Assembly (NCBI RefSeq): GCF_030028105.1
Contig: NC_092376.1
Span: 35,016,935 to 35,080,934, forward strand
Reading direction: 5' to 3'
DNA: 64,000 nucleotides
DNA from: Mobula birostris
Taxonomy: Eukaryota
In this document: piece by piece, positions 38,094 to 49,700 of the stretch
How the letters are laid out: every line of letters begins with the position of its first letter
Position numbering within the stretch: the first letter of the stretch is position 1
Translations under genes and position numbers: made by a program
The notes under the pieces: model-generated
Told to the model about the DNA's origin: nothing
Seen by the model: the letters and a program-made list of their open reading frames with translations, nothing else
Database searches by the model: none

Positions 38094-39342
38094 CAGTGGA
38101 TTCTGATTAATTGGAACACATCAGGACAGGTATGTTTTGGCCTAATTATACGGCTGCCCCAATTAGCCAAAATTTTATGGAAACAGTTAAAATGATATTA
38201 AAATATACAAACTACTGTTTAACTGAGTTACAAAATGGATGTAAATGAAATGCAGAAAAAAATTAGAACATTAGCAATACTACTGCAGTAGTATAAAACT
38301 GTATTAGTTTCTAAAATGTACCAGAGGAATTCAGCGTACACTGACACTTTCTTTCGATTTACTACAAATGCACAAAATCAACACAGACACCTACTGCAGA
38401 TAATCAAACCATTATGCAATCCATTTGCTTTCTTTGAACCTGACAACTGTTGTACAGTATATTTGTAGCCAAGGGAACTGTTCAGCATGGCACTTTAAAA
38501 AAAAGCCTTTTTCATAGGCATCGAAGACATCATCTACACAAAATTTATGAAGCAAGTCAGTGAGTTTTCTAGATTTCCATGTTTCTCCACTTACAGCATC
38601 AGCACTGTCTTCTCAACGTGTGCTTTCTTGAATTTAATGTGGTGCCAACATTTCCATAGATAACCAATCATCTGCTGCTTTAAAATCTTCATTCGAGCTT
38701 CTTAGCTAGCACCTCCGACTTGTTTTTTTTTTTACAAACATTGGTCCACTGACACTCATGTTCAGTTATAACGGGAACACATTGAATGAGGTTCTCTTCA
38801 ACATCGGGATCCTTACCTCCACGCTTTTGTTTTTGGGATGTTCCCTGTTGTTCCTCTCATAATGCCCATTCTTCTCACAGTTCATCTTGCAGATGTGTCA
38901 AGGGTGTAATTGTAGATTTTAGAACTCCAGTTATCTCTGCCAGCTGAAGATGCATGGTGTTAGGTGGATGGCTTTTAATTTGCTCCAGCAGGATTTTTTT
39001 GGCTAGTGTCAAATCTTTTTGTGGCATCTTGGCAAGGGCCTGAATTTTTTAAGTCAAAATATAAACATTATTAAAAATCACTGCTTTTTGAATCGGCATC
39101 CTTCGGCCCAAAACTAACAACATAACACAAGTACACACAGCTGACACCACTTAAAATCTTTGTTCAAAGCACAGTTTAATATCTGATGGTCACACCATTA
39201 CACGCTACAGATACTAGGGAGAAACTGTTCAGCAGCATGGTGTCCCTAAAAAAGAAGGGAATCCTGGCTATTTTCTCAATGAGTTTTTGTTCTTTAGAAT
39301 TGTCCCAAAAAAGACGCTGTCCCGATTAACCAGAATCCACTG
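38094..39342 (-). mobile_element. Tigger/pogo-like DNA transposon, decayed
   Basis: TA|CAGTGGATTCTGATTAATTGG ... CCGATTAACCAGAATCCACTG terminal inverted repeats. No intact ORF, so the strand call is tentative. Confidence 0.75.
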
Positions 39343-39889
39343 TTGTTCTAACTCATTTCTTTTCACAGCTTTAGAATGTCCAAAATGGCTTCACCATTTT
39401 GTAATGTGGCACTGACAACAGGCAGACTGCACAAGACCTATGTCCAGAAGGTCTTGTGCAAAGAGGACATTTTAATCAATGATAGAGGTATGATATTGGT
39501 CACATAGATCATCTCCAATAATCTTAAAATTAGTAAGTGAAAGAAATAATGTGCCTTTTCCAAGCTACACAAAAACACTTTAGGTCAGTAAGTTACAGAA
39601 AATGCTGGGGGGAAAGAACGGCCAGCAAAGCAGCTGAAGAAAGAGAAACAATAACAAAGTGGGAAAAGATACAGGTTAGTTTTCAATAGAGAGAAGGTGG
39701 AGAATGAATGCACAAGACTGAAGAAATGTCTGTGATAGGGCAAATAAAGATGGCTTAATTATCTGAAGCTATCAGCAAATTGAGCTTCTTGGTCTGCATT
39801 ATGTGTTAGCCTCAAAAATAGTGAAAGCTGACCAGCAGGCTAGACTTATACAAATAGCACAAGAAAACGGAACTAATATAATTAGAACA

Positions 39890-40585
39890 TGGAAAACAGC
39901 TGGAGGAACTCAGCAAGTTAAGCAGCAACTGTAGAGGCAAAGAAACAATTGTGACTTGGGTCAAGCTCCTGTAATAGTATTGACAGTATGGTGGGAAGGT
40001 AGACAGTATACAGAGGGATGTGACTATGGGCTGGTGGTACAATGGGGGCTGATGAGCAGATGGAACGGTGGGGGAGGCTCAGAGGTATTAAATGAGCCAA
40101 GATGAGGGAGCGATAATGGGCAGATGGGGAGAAGGAGGAAGACAGAGGTTGAGGTCTGAAGATGAAAAGTATGACAAGATAAAGGAGGGATGAAAAGCAG
40201 ATTTAACCACATGGTGAGGCAATTAAAATAGTAGGTCGAGGGTGAAGTATCCCAAGTGCATGACGAGTGGGGGAAGAGTAATAAACCGAGGAACTAGGAA
40301 TGCTGACAGACGAAGAATGGGTCTAGGTAGACCAGGAATGGAAAAGGAACACCAAAGGTCTGAGTTACCTAAAGGTGGAAACTTCAATGTTCATGCCATT
40401 GGATTGTAGGCTATTCAAGTAGATTGAGGTGCTCTACATTTTGTTCACGTTTGGCCATACATTGACATTTAAGAAGGCAAACAAGTCAATGTTGGAATGG
40501 GAGAGAGAAGGTTAAATGGCACACAACCAGAAACTCAAGATGCCTATTAGAAAGAAATAATTTTCATTTCTGATGAGGGACTTCT
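39890..40585 (-). mobile_element. Old Penelope 3' fragment
   Basis: Degenerate GIY-YIG C-terminal sequence (LQSNGMNIEVSTF) plus pLTR. Confidence 0.65.
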
Positions 40586-40908
40586 GTTTAGCACAAAGGA
40601 CAGGACCTAAAATAGTAATGGATGGGTATTTCATTTACAGTACTCACAATTGTGTAAGTAGTGGAAAGAAGGAAAAATACAGGGGTCAGAGTCGTTGAGC
40701 TAACTACCAATACAGATTTAGTCCAAATACCCTCCTTCCATGTTATAACTTAAGTTTCTGTGGAACCGAGTTATGTCTTCTCCAGCAAATAAATAGCACA
40801 TAATAAATATCTCAAAAGTACAAGGGAGGGCTCAAATAGCACGAAAAGGTAAAACAAATACATCAGTGAACCAATTCTGATGAGTCCAGTAACAGCAAAT
40901 TTCCTCAC

Positions 40909-41343
40909 ATCACTCTTGCTTGTGCTGGCCAAGGCCTGGACACTCTTCCTCTTCTTGTACTTGTCTTTATAAGTTTTGTTGCGGTGTTTCTTGCACATCC
41001 AGGGCTTCCTCGGTTTAGCCACTTGGGTAGTGTTCTCGGTACATCCCTCATACACACACTTTCTAGTCACCCTCTCGCTGTCGCCGCTTTCATCTTCGTC
41101 CTCCTCCTCCTCCTCCTCTTCTTCATCCTCCTCGTCTTCCTCCTCATCGTCCTCCTCCTCTTCCCCGGGGCTGTCTCTGTTCTCCGAAGGCTCTTGTGCT
41201 CCCCGCCCCCCGTCAGGATCGGCATTAATTTCATTACCAGCCTCGTCCATGTTCACCGTGGTCAATTCATGGTAGCTGACGTTACACGAGGGAGGGGTGG
41301 ACTCCTCAGCTGCCCGCCCGCTGTCATTACCTCCCGCACTCAT
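40909..41343 (-). CDS. RFXAP: RFXAP exon 1 (regulatory factor X-associated protein)
   Basis: ATG to |GTGAGG, 435 nt. Acidic tract followed by CVYEGCTENTTQVAKPRKPWMCKKHRNKTYKDKYKKRKS. Assembled protein is 219 aa. Confidence 0.93.
41090..41163 (+). repeat. Imperfect (TCC/TCT/TCG)n trinucleotide tract encoding the RFXAP Glu/Asp run
   Basis: Directly visible in the sequence. Confidence 0.9.
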
Positions 41344-41384
41344 CCCGAAGCCCCGAGCCCTGACCTCCCCATTCGGGAACTCCG

Positions 41385-41540
41385 TAAATCTCGCGCGATT
41401 TCGTGCGTAAATCTCCGCCTCCTATTTCAGCAGTCAGCGACGCTTTCCCCCCGCCCCCCATCATCTGCACCAATCCGCTGCTCGCTCCCGCCCCTTCTCT
41501 GCGCATGCGCACCTGTGCGGCCCGAGACGGCCGTGCGATT
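41385..41540 (-). promoter_or_regulatory. RFXAP CpG-island promoter
   Basis: Perfect NRF1 palindrome TGCGCATGCGCA at 41500-41511. GC boxes (CCCGCCCC) at about 41450 and 41487. CCAAT at 41470. TCTCGCGCGA (BANP/Kaiso-like) at about 41389. Confidence 0.75.
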
Positions 41541-41689
41541 CTTCTACTAACTCCGAAGCTACTCTTCGGCTAACTGTTAGCGAAGATTTAGGTTACAAAT
41601 CATAGGATTTATCTTCACGAAGACATAAGAGACTGCAGCTGTGGGAATCTAAAGGAAAACTCAAAACGCTGAAAGAGGTTAGCGGAGTG

Positions 41690-43070
41690 TAAGATGTGAT
41701 TTACGCCATTCAGTCTGTCAAGGTCTACTATGCCATTCAATCATGGTTGATGTATTAATCCTCTGCCTCCTCCCATTCCTTTTGACGTCCTTCCTAATCA
41801 AAAGAACCCATCAACCTCCACTTTAAATATACCAAATGACTTGGCTCCCACAGCAATGAATTCCACAGATTCGCCCTTCTCTGGCTTAAGCCATTCTTCC
41901 TCACATCTATTCCAAAGGGGATTCTTTTATTCTGAGTCTGTGCCCTCTGGTCCCAGAATCTCCCAGCACCGAAAACATCCTCTCTATGCCTACTCTATTT
42001 AGGCACTTCAGTTTTAGGTGGGATTTACTGAGATACTCTGTCACCATTCTAAACTCTAGCGAGTTCAGGCCCAGAGCCATCAAAGACTTCTCATATGTTA
42101 ACCCTTTTATCCCCAGGATGATTCTCATAAATCACCTCAAGACCCTCTCCAAAACCGGAACACCTTTCCTAGATATGGGGACCAAAACTCCAAATGCAGT
42201 CCTCTCAATGCCCTTATAAAGCCCCAGCATTACGCCCTCTATTTTGAGAGGACATATTCTAGACCTCTCAAAGTGAAGGCTGACTTTGCATTTGCCTTCC
42301 TTTCTACTAACTCAAACTGCAAGTTAATCTTTAGGGAATCCTGCGCAAGGACTTGCAAGTCCCTTTACACAGCTGATTTCAGAATTGTCCCCCCATTTAA
42401 AAAAAATAACCCATGGATTTATTCTTCTATCAAAGTGCATGACCATACATTTCCCTACATTGTATTTCACCTGCCACTTCCTTGCCCATTCTCACAATCT
42501 GTCCAGATCCTTCAGTAGGCACCTTGCTCGTTCTCCACCTATGTTTGCATCATCCACACACTTGGCTACAAAGCCATAGAGTCTATCATCCAGGTCATTA
42601 ACATTTAAAGGAACACCACTGGTCACTGGCAAGCAGCCAGAAAGGACCCTCTTTACTCCCACTCTTTGCCTTATGCCTGTCTGCCAATCTTCTATTCATG
42701 TTAGTATCTTTAAAGTAATAACATGGGCTCATGTATTGTTTACCAAACTCATGTATGACACCTTGTTAAGGCCTTTTGAAAATCCAAGTAAACAACATCC
42801 ACTGACTCTCCTTTGTTACTTTTTTAAAGAATTCCAGCAGATTTGTCAGGCAAAGTAGCCGCTGAAGGAAACCATGCTAAAATCAGATGATTGTATGTGA
42901 TTCCAAGTACCCCAAAACCTCAATAATGGACTCTAAAATATTGTCAGCTATTGAAGTCGGGCTAACCAGTCTATAACTTCCTGTCCTTTCCTTCCCACTC
43001 TTCTTAAAGTGAAGAATGAAATTTGCAAATTTCCATTCCTCCAGAACTATTCCTGACTAATCATTCTTGC
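41690..43070 (-). mobile_element. Old CR1 LINE fragment with deletions
   Basis: IKGLTYEKSLMALGLNSLEFR...TRGHRLRIK. Confidence 0.75.
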
Positions 43071-43304
43071 TACTTGCTCTTTGATTTGATCAACAGCAGA
43101 AACTCTTATTATAATTTATGCTTGTTCATGTCTCTTCACCACGGTTTACAAAGACGACTAGCTACAATTTCCTCAGAACAAGTCTTTTTTTTTCTTTCTC
43201 TCAAGCTGAAGGGGTTAGGGGAGGGAAGAAGACAAAAGGGATGATCATCATGGTTACGGGTACACTTCATCATTATTTCTTGACTCCCACACCATTAGTG
43301 AGGC

Positions 43305-45300
43305 AGTACCTATGGAAAGGAATAAAAAGTTGATGTTTTGGACTAAGATCCTTCATCAGTGCTGGAAAGAAAGAGGGAAAGAAGCCAGAATAGGGAGGTG
43401 GAGGGAAGGGAATGAGTTCAAGCTAGAAGGTGAAGCCAGGTAGGTGAGGGAGTGGGAATGAAGTGGGAGTTGATAGGTGGAAATGGTAAAGGTCTGAAAG
43501 AGGAGGAATCTAATAAGAGAGGAGAGTGGACTGTGGAAGAAAGGGGAGGTGATAGGCAGATGAGGAAAGAAGAGCGAAGAAAATCATAATCAGCTTTAAT
43601 ATCAGCACCATATGTCGTAAAGTTTGTTAACTTACTGGCAGCAGTACAATGCAATACATGATAATATAGAAAAAATAAGTAAATCAATTACAATTAGTGC
43701 AAAAACAGAAATAATTTTTAAAAACTGAGGTACTGCTCATGGGTTCGATGTACAGTTAGAAATCAGGTGGCAGAGGGGAAAAAGCAGTTCCTGAATCACT
43801 GAGTGTGAGCCTTCAGGCTTCTGTATCTCCTTCCTGATGGTAACAATTAGAAGAGGGCATGTCCTTGGGTGATGGGGGTCCTTTATAATGGACACTGCCT
43901 CTCTGAGGCATCACTCCTTGAAAATGTATTGGATACTACAGAGGCTAGTACCCAGATGGAGCTGACTAATTTTACAACTTTCTGTAGCTTCTTTCGATCC
44001 TGTGCTGTAGCCTCCCCCTCCACCCCCACCCCATACCACACAGTGATGCAGCCTGTCAAAATGCTCTCCAAGCTACATCTGTGCAAGTTTTAGGTAACAA
44101 ACCAAATCTTCTCAAACTCCTATGAAACATAGCCACTGTTTTGCCTTCTTTATAGCCACATTGATAGGTTGGGACCAAGTCAGATGCTCAGAGATCTTGA
44201 CATCCTGGAACTTGAAATTGCTCACTCTCTCCACTTCTGATCCCTCTATGAGGATTGGTTTACATTCCCCCGTCCTACCCTTTCTGAAGTCCACAATCAG
44301 CTCTTTAGTTTTACTGACAAGGTTGTTGCTGTGACACCACTTAACTGGTTGGTATATTTCACTCCTTTATGCTCTCCCATCTCCATCTGAGATTTTGCAA
44401 TGATGGCTGTATCATCAGCAAATTTGTGGGTATCATTTGAGCTGTACCTAAGCACGCAGTCATGGGTATAGAGTAGACCAGAACAGTGGGCTAAGCTAAG
44501 GGGAGCCAGAGTGGGGAATGGAAGAAGAGGGAAGGGGGAGGGGTGAAAATTAAGAAATCAATGTTCATGCCAACAGGTTGTAGGCTAGCCATACGGAATA
44601 TGAGATGTTGCTCCTCTGAGAGTGCGCTCATCATGACAGTAGAGGAGGCCATGAACTGGCATGCAAGCAGGGGAGTGGGATTGGAATTAAAATGGTTGGC
44701 CACCAAGAAATCCTGCTTGTTGCAGATGGAGCAAAGATGCCCGACTGAGTGGCCCCCCAATATATGACAGTTCTCACCAATGTAGACGAGGCTACATCAG
44801 GAGCACTGGATTCAGTGGTGGCCAACCTTTTACATTCCATGCGTCAATTTTTTCACGCACGAGTTCAGATGTGATTTTTTTTCACAAGAGTTCTATATTA
44901 ACATTTTTACAAGAATTGAATGGGCATACAAGGGTTGTATGGTGCATCTGAACTTGTGAGTCAAAAAATTGATGCATGGAATGTAAAAGGTTGGCCACCC
45001 CTACAAACAGAACAGAGGTGTTGCTTCACCTGGAATGACTGTTTGGAGTCCTGAATGGAGGTGAGGGAGCAGGTGAATGGGCAGGTGTAGCACTTCTTCC
45101 ACTTGCAGGGATAAGTGCCTGAAAGGAAATTAATAGGGAGGGATGAATAGACAAAGGAATCACAGAGAATGATGCCCATGTTCCTTGGCAGACAAAGTAT
45201 TTTGATTGTTGGAATTTACCTATAATCCCTATATTTACCTAGAGTGGGGGAGGAGGTAAAGGTGTGTTTGGTGGTAGGATCCCGTTGAAGATGGACATGC
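43305..45300 (-). mobile_element. Decayed Penelope element interrupted by a Rex1 LINE (about 43580-44492, minus) and a hAT MITE (44813-45003)
   Basis: GTYPCKWKKCYTCPFT...SFQVKQH and EEQHLIFRMASLQP. The Rex1 insert shows VERVSNFKF. The pLTR/hammerhead remnant is at about 43325-43365. Confidence 0.8.
44813..45003. mobile_element. hAT-type MITE with ~58-bp inverted ends
   Basis: CAGTGGTGGCCAACCTTTTACATTCCATGC ... GCATGGAATGTAAAAGGTTGGCCACCCCTA. No clean TSD. Confidence 0.75.
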
Positions 45301-45451
45301 AGATTAGGTTAGCGGGATGCAGTTAACAGGCAAGTACACATGCCAATGATGGGTAATTGTTTGATATCAGGCATAAGCAATTTGCTGGACGAACTTCATC
45401 GACCTTACTGCCCTCATTTAGATAAAGGCCACAATTGGTCTTCTTTCAGGA

Positions 45452-45516
45452 CAGGGGTTCCTAACCTTTCTTATGCCATTCTCCAATACCACTCAGCAAG
45501 GAGTTGGGAACCCCTG
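45452..45516. mobile_element. 65-bp hAT (Charlie-like) MITE
   Basis: CAGGGGTTCCTAAC...GTTGGGAACCCCTG with an exact 8-bp TSD TTTCAGGA. Confidence 0.85.
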
Positions 45517-45715
45517 TTTCAGGACAAGGTTGATATGGATGTACACTGGGATAGTGAGCATGTTGTGAAGTCAGTCTGACTGAACATTCAGTATGTCAAG
45601 CTGCATAGGTAAGACCATTTTCACATGCTGGTCTCTAACATGTTCAAAATTATAGTCCTACAAAGGGCAGGAAAATCAGACTAACTTTTAAATGACACCA
45701 TTATTTCTTATGATA

Positions 45716-45961
45716 GTCAAATGTTTATAGAAGGTGATTTCTTGAAATCAGTTTCCGAGTTTTTATTAAAGGTGGTTTGGAGAGAGTGAATGCTATAGTT
45801 GATATCTTCTAAAGCTTTATAAATTATGAAATTGGAGCGTAGCAATGAATAACCTGCAGTTTAGAGAGTCGAAGGAAGACCAAACAGGAATGTATTTGCA
45901 ATCATCACATCTTGAGGTAAGCAGCACAAAGGAGGTTTTAGCAGCAGACAACCTCAGACAA
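45716..45961 (-). pseudogene. Possible highly decayed SERTM1 relic (tentative)
   Basis: Syntenic position and strand fit. Collinear weak matches TTG-TCT-GAG (MSE-like), YIPV/VFLRL (YIYVSIFLSL-like, needs a frameshift), LFIATLQ (LIIALQ-like) and QEITF (QRSTF-like). Confidence 0.25.
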
Positions 45962-46724
45962 GTGGAATATGATGATACTATAGTAGGAACAGTGTCTTCA
46001 CCCCAAATTAGAATCGGATTTCTTTTTCTTTTCAAATCTTTTTATTGTTATATTATACAGGAAAAATAACATGAGTACTTTGAAGTAACAACAATTACAA
46101 TGTCTCAAGAAAGACATTATCTTAAAGACTGGAAAAAAAGATTGTGATAACAAAAAAAACCTACTAAGCAGAAAAGTGAGGAAAAAAAAGAACCCATTAG
46201 GTGTACAGCCCCGGAGCCATGCGTCGTACAAAAAGCTTCTAAAAGTAAACATCAAACCGCCAGCAAGAAAAGAAAATAAACTGAAAAATTTACAATTAGA
46301 TCGTGGAAAAATTATATCAATTAACTCAAATAATAATAACGAGCAAATGAGCCCCATCTTTTCTCAAAATCAAATAAAGGTTCAAAGGTTCGACTTCTAA
46401 TTTTCTCCAAACTAAGACATAGCATCACTTGAGAGAATCATTGTGACGAAGTGGGAGCTGATGTATCCTTCCACTTCAACAAAATGGCCCTCCTAGCTAT
46501 CAATGTAACAAATGCAATAACATGTTGGTCAGACACAGAAATACCATGAATATTTTGAGGAATTATTCCAAAAAGCATAGTTAATTTATCAGGTTGTAAA
46601 TTAATTTTAAGTGCTTTAGAAATTGTTGAAAAAACCGACTTCCAGAACTGTTCCAATATAGAACAAGACCAAAACATATGTGTCAGTGTAGCTGTCTCAG
46701 TTTTATGTCTATCACAATGACTAT

Positions 46725-49700
46725 TGTACGGGGTCTTTCTTTTTTTTGTATGTTAAATTTAAAATGGCTTCTTTGTTATGTTATAATCGGGAATGCTGGT
46801 TTGTTGTGTTAAACGCTGAGAAAGCTTTGCGCTAGCAGCTTGTTGTGGGTTAAGAGGTGATAAGAGGATGTTACGAACCAATTGGGATGGTTGTTATGAT
46901 TTGGTGTATCTGGGAGATTTGTGTGCACGGGGTTTTGGGGCAGAAGGTGGGAGAGCGAGGCAGAGGATGGACCAGGTGCTGTGATGTCCGCTAACGGGGT
47001 CGGACCCCAAGGAGGGCGTTCGGCAAGGAGATGGAGACGGACTCATGTGGAGCGTCTGGTCGACCACCGTTATTGGCCCCAGGCAGCCGGTCGAGGTGGT
47101 CCGAGGGGTCGCAGGGTGAAGAAGAAGGTTCTTGAGCTCCCAACTGTTCTGTGCACGAAGAGATTGAACTATGATAAGTGTGGCGCCTTTTATTTTCCTT
47201 TTATATTTTATTCTCTATTAATTATATAGTTCCAGTAATATCTATAAACTGTAAATCACTTAATCGTATCTGGTGTATTTTCTGTTATTTGGGCGGGGTG
47301 GAGTACATCACACAGCATCCACGCAAACTAATTACCCAGTTTGGCGGGGCCAAGGGTAGTTTCCCTAGATGACAGCGAGCCGAGCGTCCCTGAGGATGGC
47401 CGGGGGGCTACATTGTGTGGGCTTTGTCTGGGATTGGGTCTACTGGTATGCTGTGTGGGTGCCCTGTTTAAATCTGTAATGTGTGTCTCTATGGGTTATT
47501 TGCTGGTGATTGCTGTATGCGTTGTGGGTGCGGTCTTTGTTCGAGTTCAGGCTAGCATTGACGAGTTGGAGGTGGTACTCGGGGCTGCCCATGCGGTTGG
47601 GGGAGAGAGAGGGAAGAGTGGTCTGATTTGTAGGTAGGGTCTGTGAATAAATGTTCTAGCTCTGGCAGGCTCCGCCTGGCACTTGGGATAGTGTCCACCC
47701 CAAGAGGGGCAGAGGTGTGTGGGACGTGGGCGGAGCGGATCTCTCAGTTGTTAGATGAGTGGCAGTGCTCAGTTGAGGGAGAGCGACAGGGATTGGTTGA
47801 AAGTTTAAGTAGGCGGGCTGGTGACCGTGTTAGAGCTGTCAGGTTCAATTACACCGTAGTGACAGCTGTCAGTTATTTAAAAGAGGGGGGAAAGTTTTTA
47901 GTGTGTCTTCTCTGGCTAGGAGGGCAGCTAAATTGCTTGCAGTGCCAGGGGGATCATTTCAGGGGATCATGCCCCTCCTTCAGTTGTTCAGCTGATCAGA
48001 GAGGTGTCGGGAAACTTAGTGGAGGCCCAGTGGGGGAACGGCTTGGGGTCTCTGGGGAAGCACGTTCCCAGCAATGTAACAATGAACTTCCGAAAGGAGC
48101 AGACCCTATTCCTGAAGGCTTAGAGGCCCCAGGGTGTCGTTATGGATAGAGAGAAGCAATGCTAAAGCCATCCTCAACCCCGGGGCGCAGGTCAAGTTGT
48201 TGTATAGTTCGTTTTACAACCGGTGTCTGAAGCATTTATCCTTGACAACCGCAAGGGCACCGGAGACTTTGGGTACTAGTGGCAGTAGTTATCCAGAAGA
48301 CGATGATTGGTTAATGACTCTGGAGTTCATGGGGGCATTGCCTGGGCACCCAGCGTGTCGAATTGCTTCTGGGGACGTGTGTAACAGCCTTGAGCCGGTA
48401 CCGAATTTAAGTGAAACCCAGCGGTGGTACGGCCTGGGGAAAGAAGGTGAGGGTGAGACCCTCTTAGTAGATGCTCCGAACTACCACGAGGGAGGGGAAT
48501 TGACCGCTGAAGACACCTCAGTGAGAGAGAGGTCGCGGCAACTGGACCCTGGCACAGTGGAAGATGGAGGCAGCGTGTGTGTGGATTATGCGACGTGGTT
48601 TAATGTGCTGGATCTGAGGAGTGGATGTTGCCAGATCCCGAGGAGTGCGGCTGTCGAGCCGAAGACAGCCATTATTCCCTCGGATCCTACCGGTCCGAAA
48701 AGATACCCAAGGGCATATCCGGAGCCCCTGCATCCTTCCCGCAGGGCATGAGGAAGATCATGGGGGAAGTGAAGGTGTGTGGAGTTTTGGCGTATGTGGA
48801 TGACTGCCTAGAGCTTGGATTCGCCTGGGGGGACTTTGAGGCGAGGCGAATGGCTGAGCCCAGGCGACAGAAGCGAAGTGTGGAGGAGTTTTTAGCCGGA
48901 GGAGTTTGGTGCAATGTGAGAAAATTGACCCGACATACCAGTTGAACCTCCTGGTGTTGGAACAGACAGTGGTGGACCTGGGGATGAAAACCCAGGTCGT
49001 CAATCTGAATGAGACACAGGGGAGAGAGGGGATTTGCATCGCTGAACTGAGTGCTCAGAAATGCCGGACGGAGATTGAGTGCCGGAATTGTGGGACGACC
49101 ATTGCAGACTTGGAATTCACGCTCGTCAACGTGGAGAAGGAGCAACGGAATTCCGAGCCAACACTGCGGTCATGTACTGATGAATTAATCCAGCAAGTCG
49201 AAACAATGAACCACCTCTGAAGGGATCAGCAGAAACTCAAGACGTCGATTCAGAAAAGATTGGACGACTTACAAGTTGGGGAAGATCAAGGAATTGTTCT
49301 GACTAAGGCCAACAGAAAACCAAGAGCCCAGGGAGGGGAGTTTGACTACACTCCCGAGGAGGTGAAGAAATAGAGGACAGATCTCGGAAAAGGGAGGCGG
49401 ACGCTTGAAAGGAACCTGAAGATGACTATTGACAGTTCAAATGAAGTGGAAAAACTGAAAGTTGACCTGGAAGACGTCATCAGGAAGAAAAAACTGGCTG
49501 AACATCCTTTAACTGCTGCTTTTCAGGTCAGGGTGGGATAACTGCGTCCCAGATTGAGATGGCCAAGAACCCTGAGTCAGAGCTGCGGAGGCTGTGGCGA
49601 GAGTTGAAGGAGTCCCTGAAGAAGCTGGTGTCTCGACCGCAGGAGGCTGAAGGGGTAGCCCCGGCTAAATGTTTCAGTTTGGAGAAACTCAAACAGCAGC

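Noticed and set aside
40976-41550. Plus-strand poly-Ser ORF (99 aa) and Leu-rich ORF (188 aa)
   Set aside because: Antisense shadows of the RFXAP acidic trinucleotide tract, with no independent evidence.
48906-49220. A genuine myosin gene or a viral env gene at this position
   Set aside because: No motor domain, splice sites, signal peptide or transmembrane segment. It has in-frame stops and lies wholly between two LTRs.
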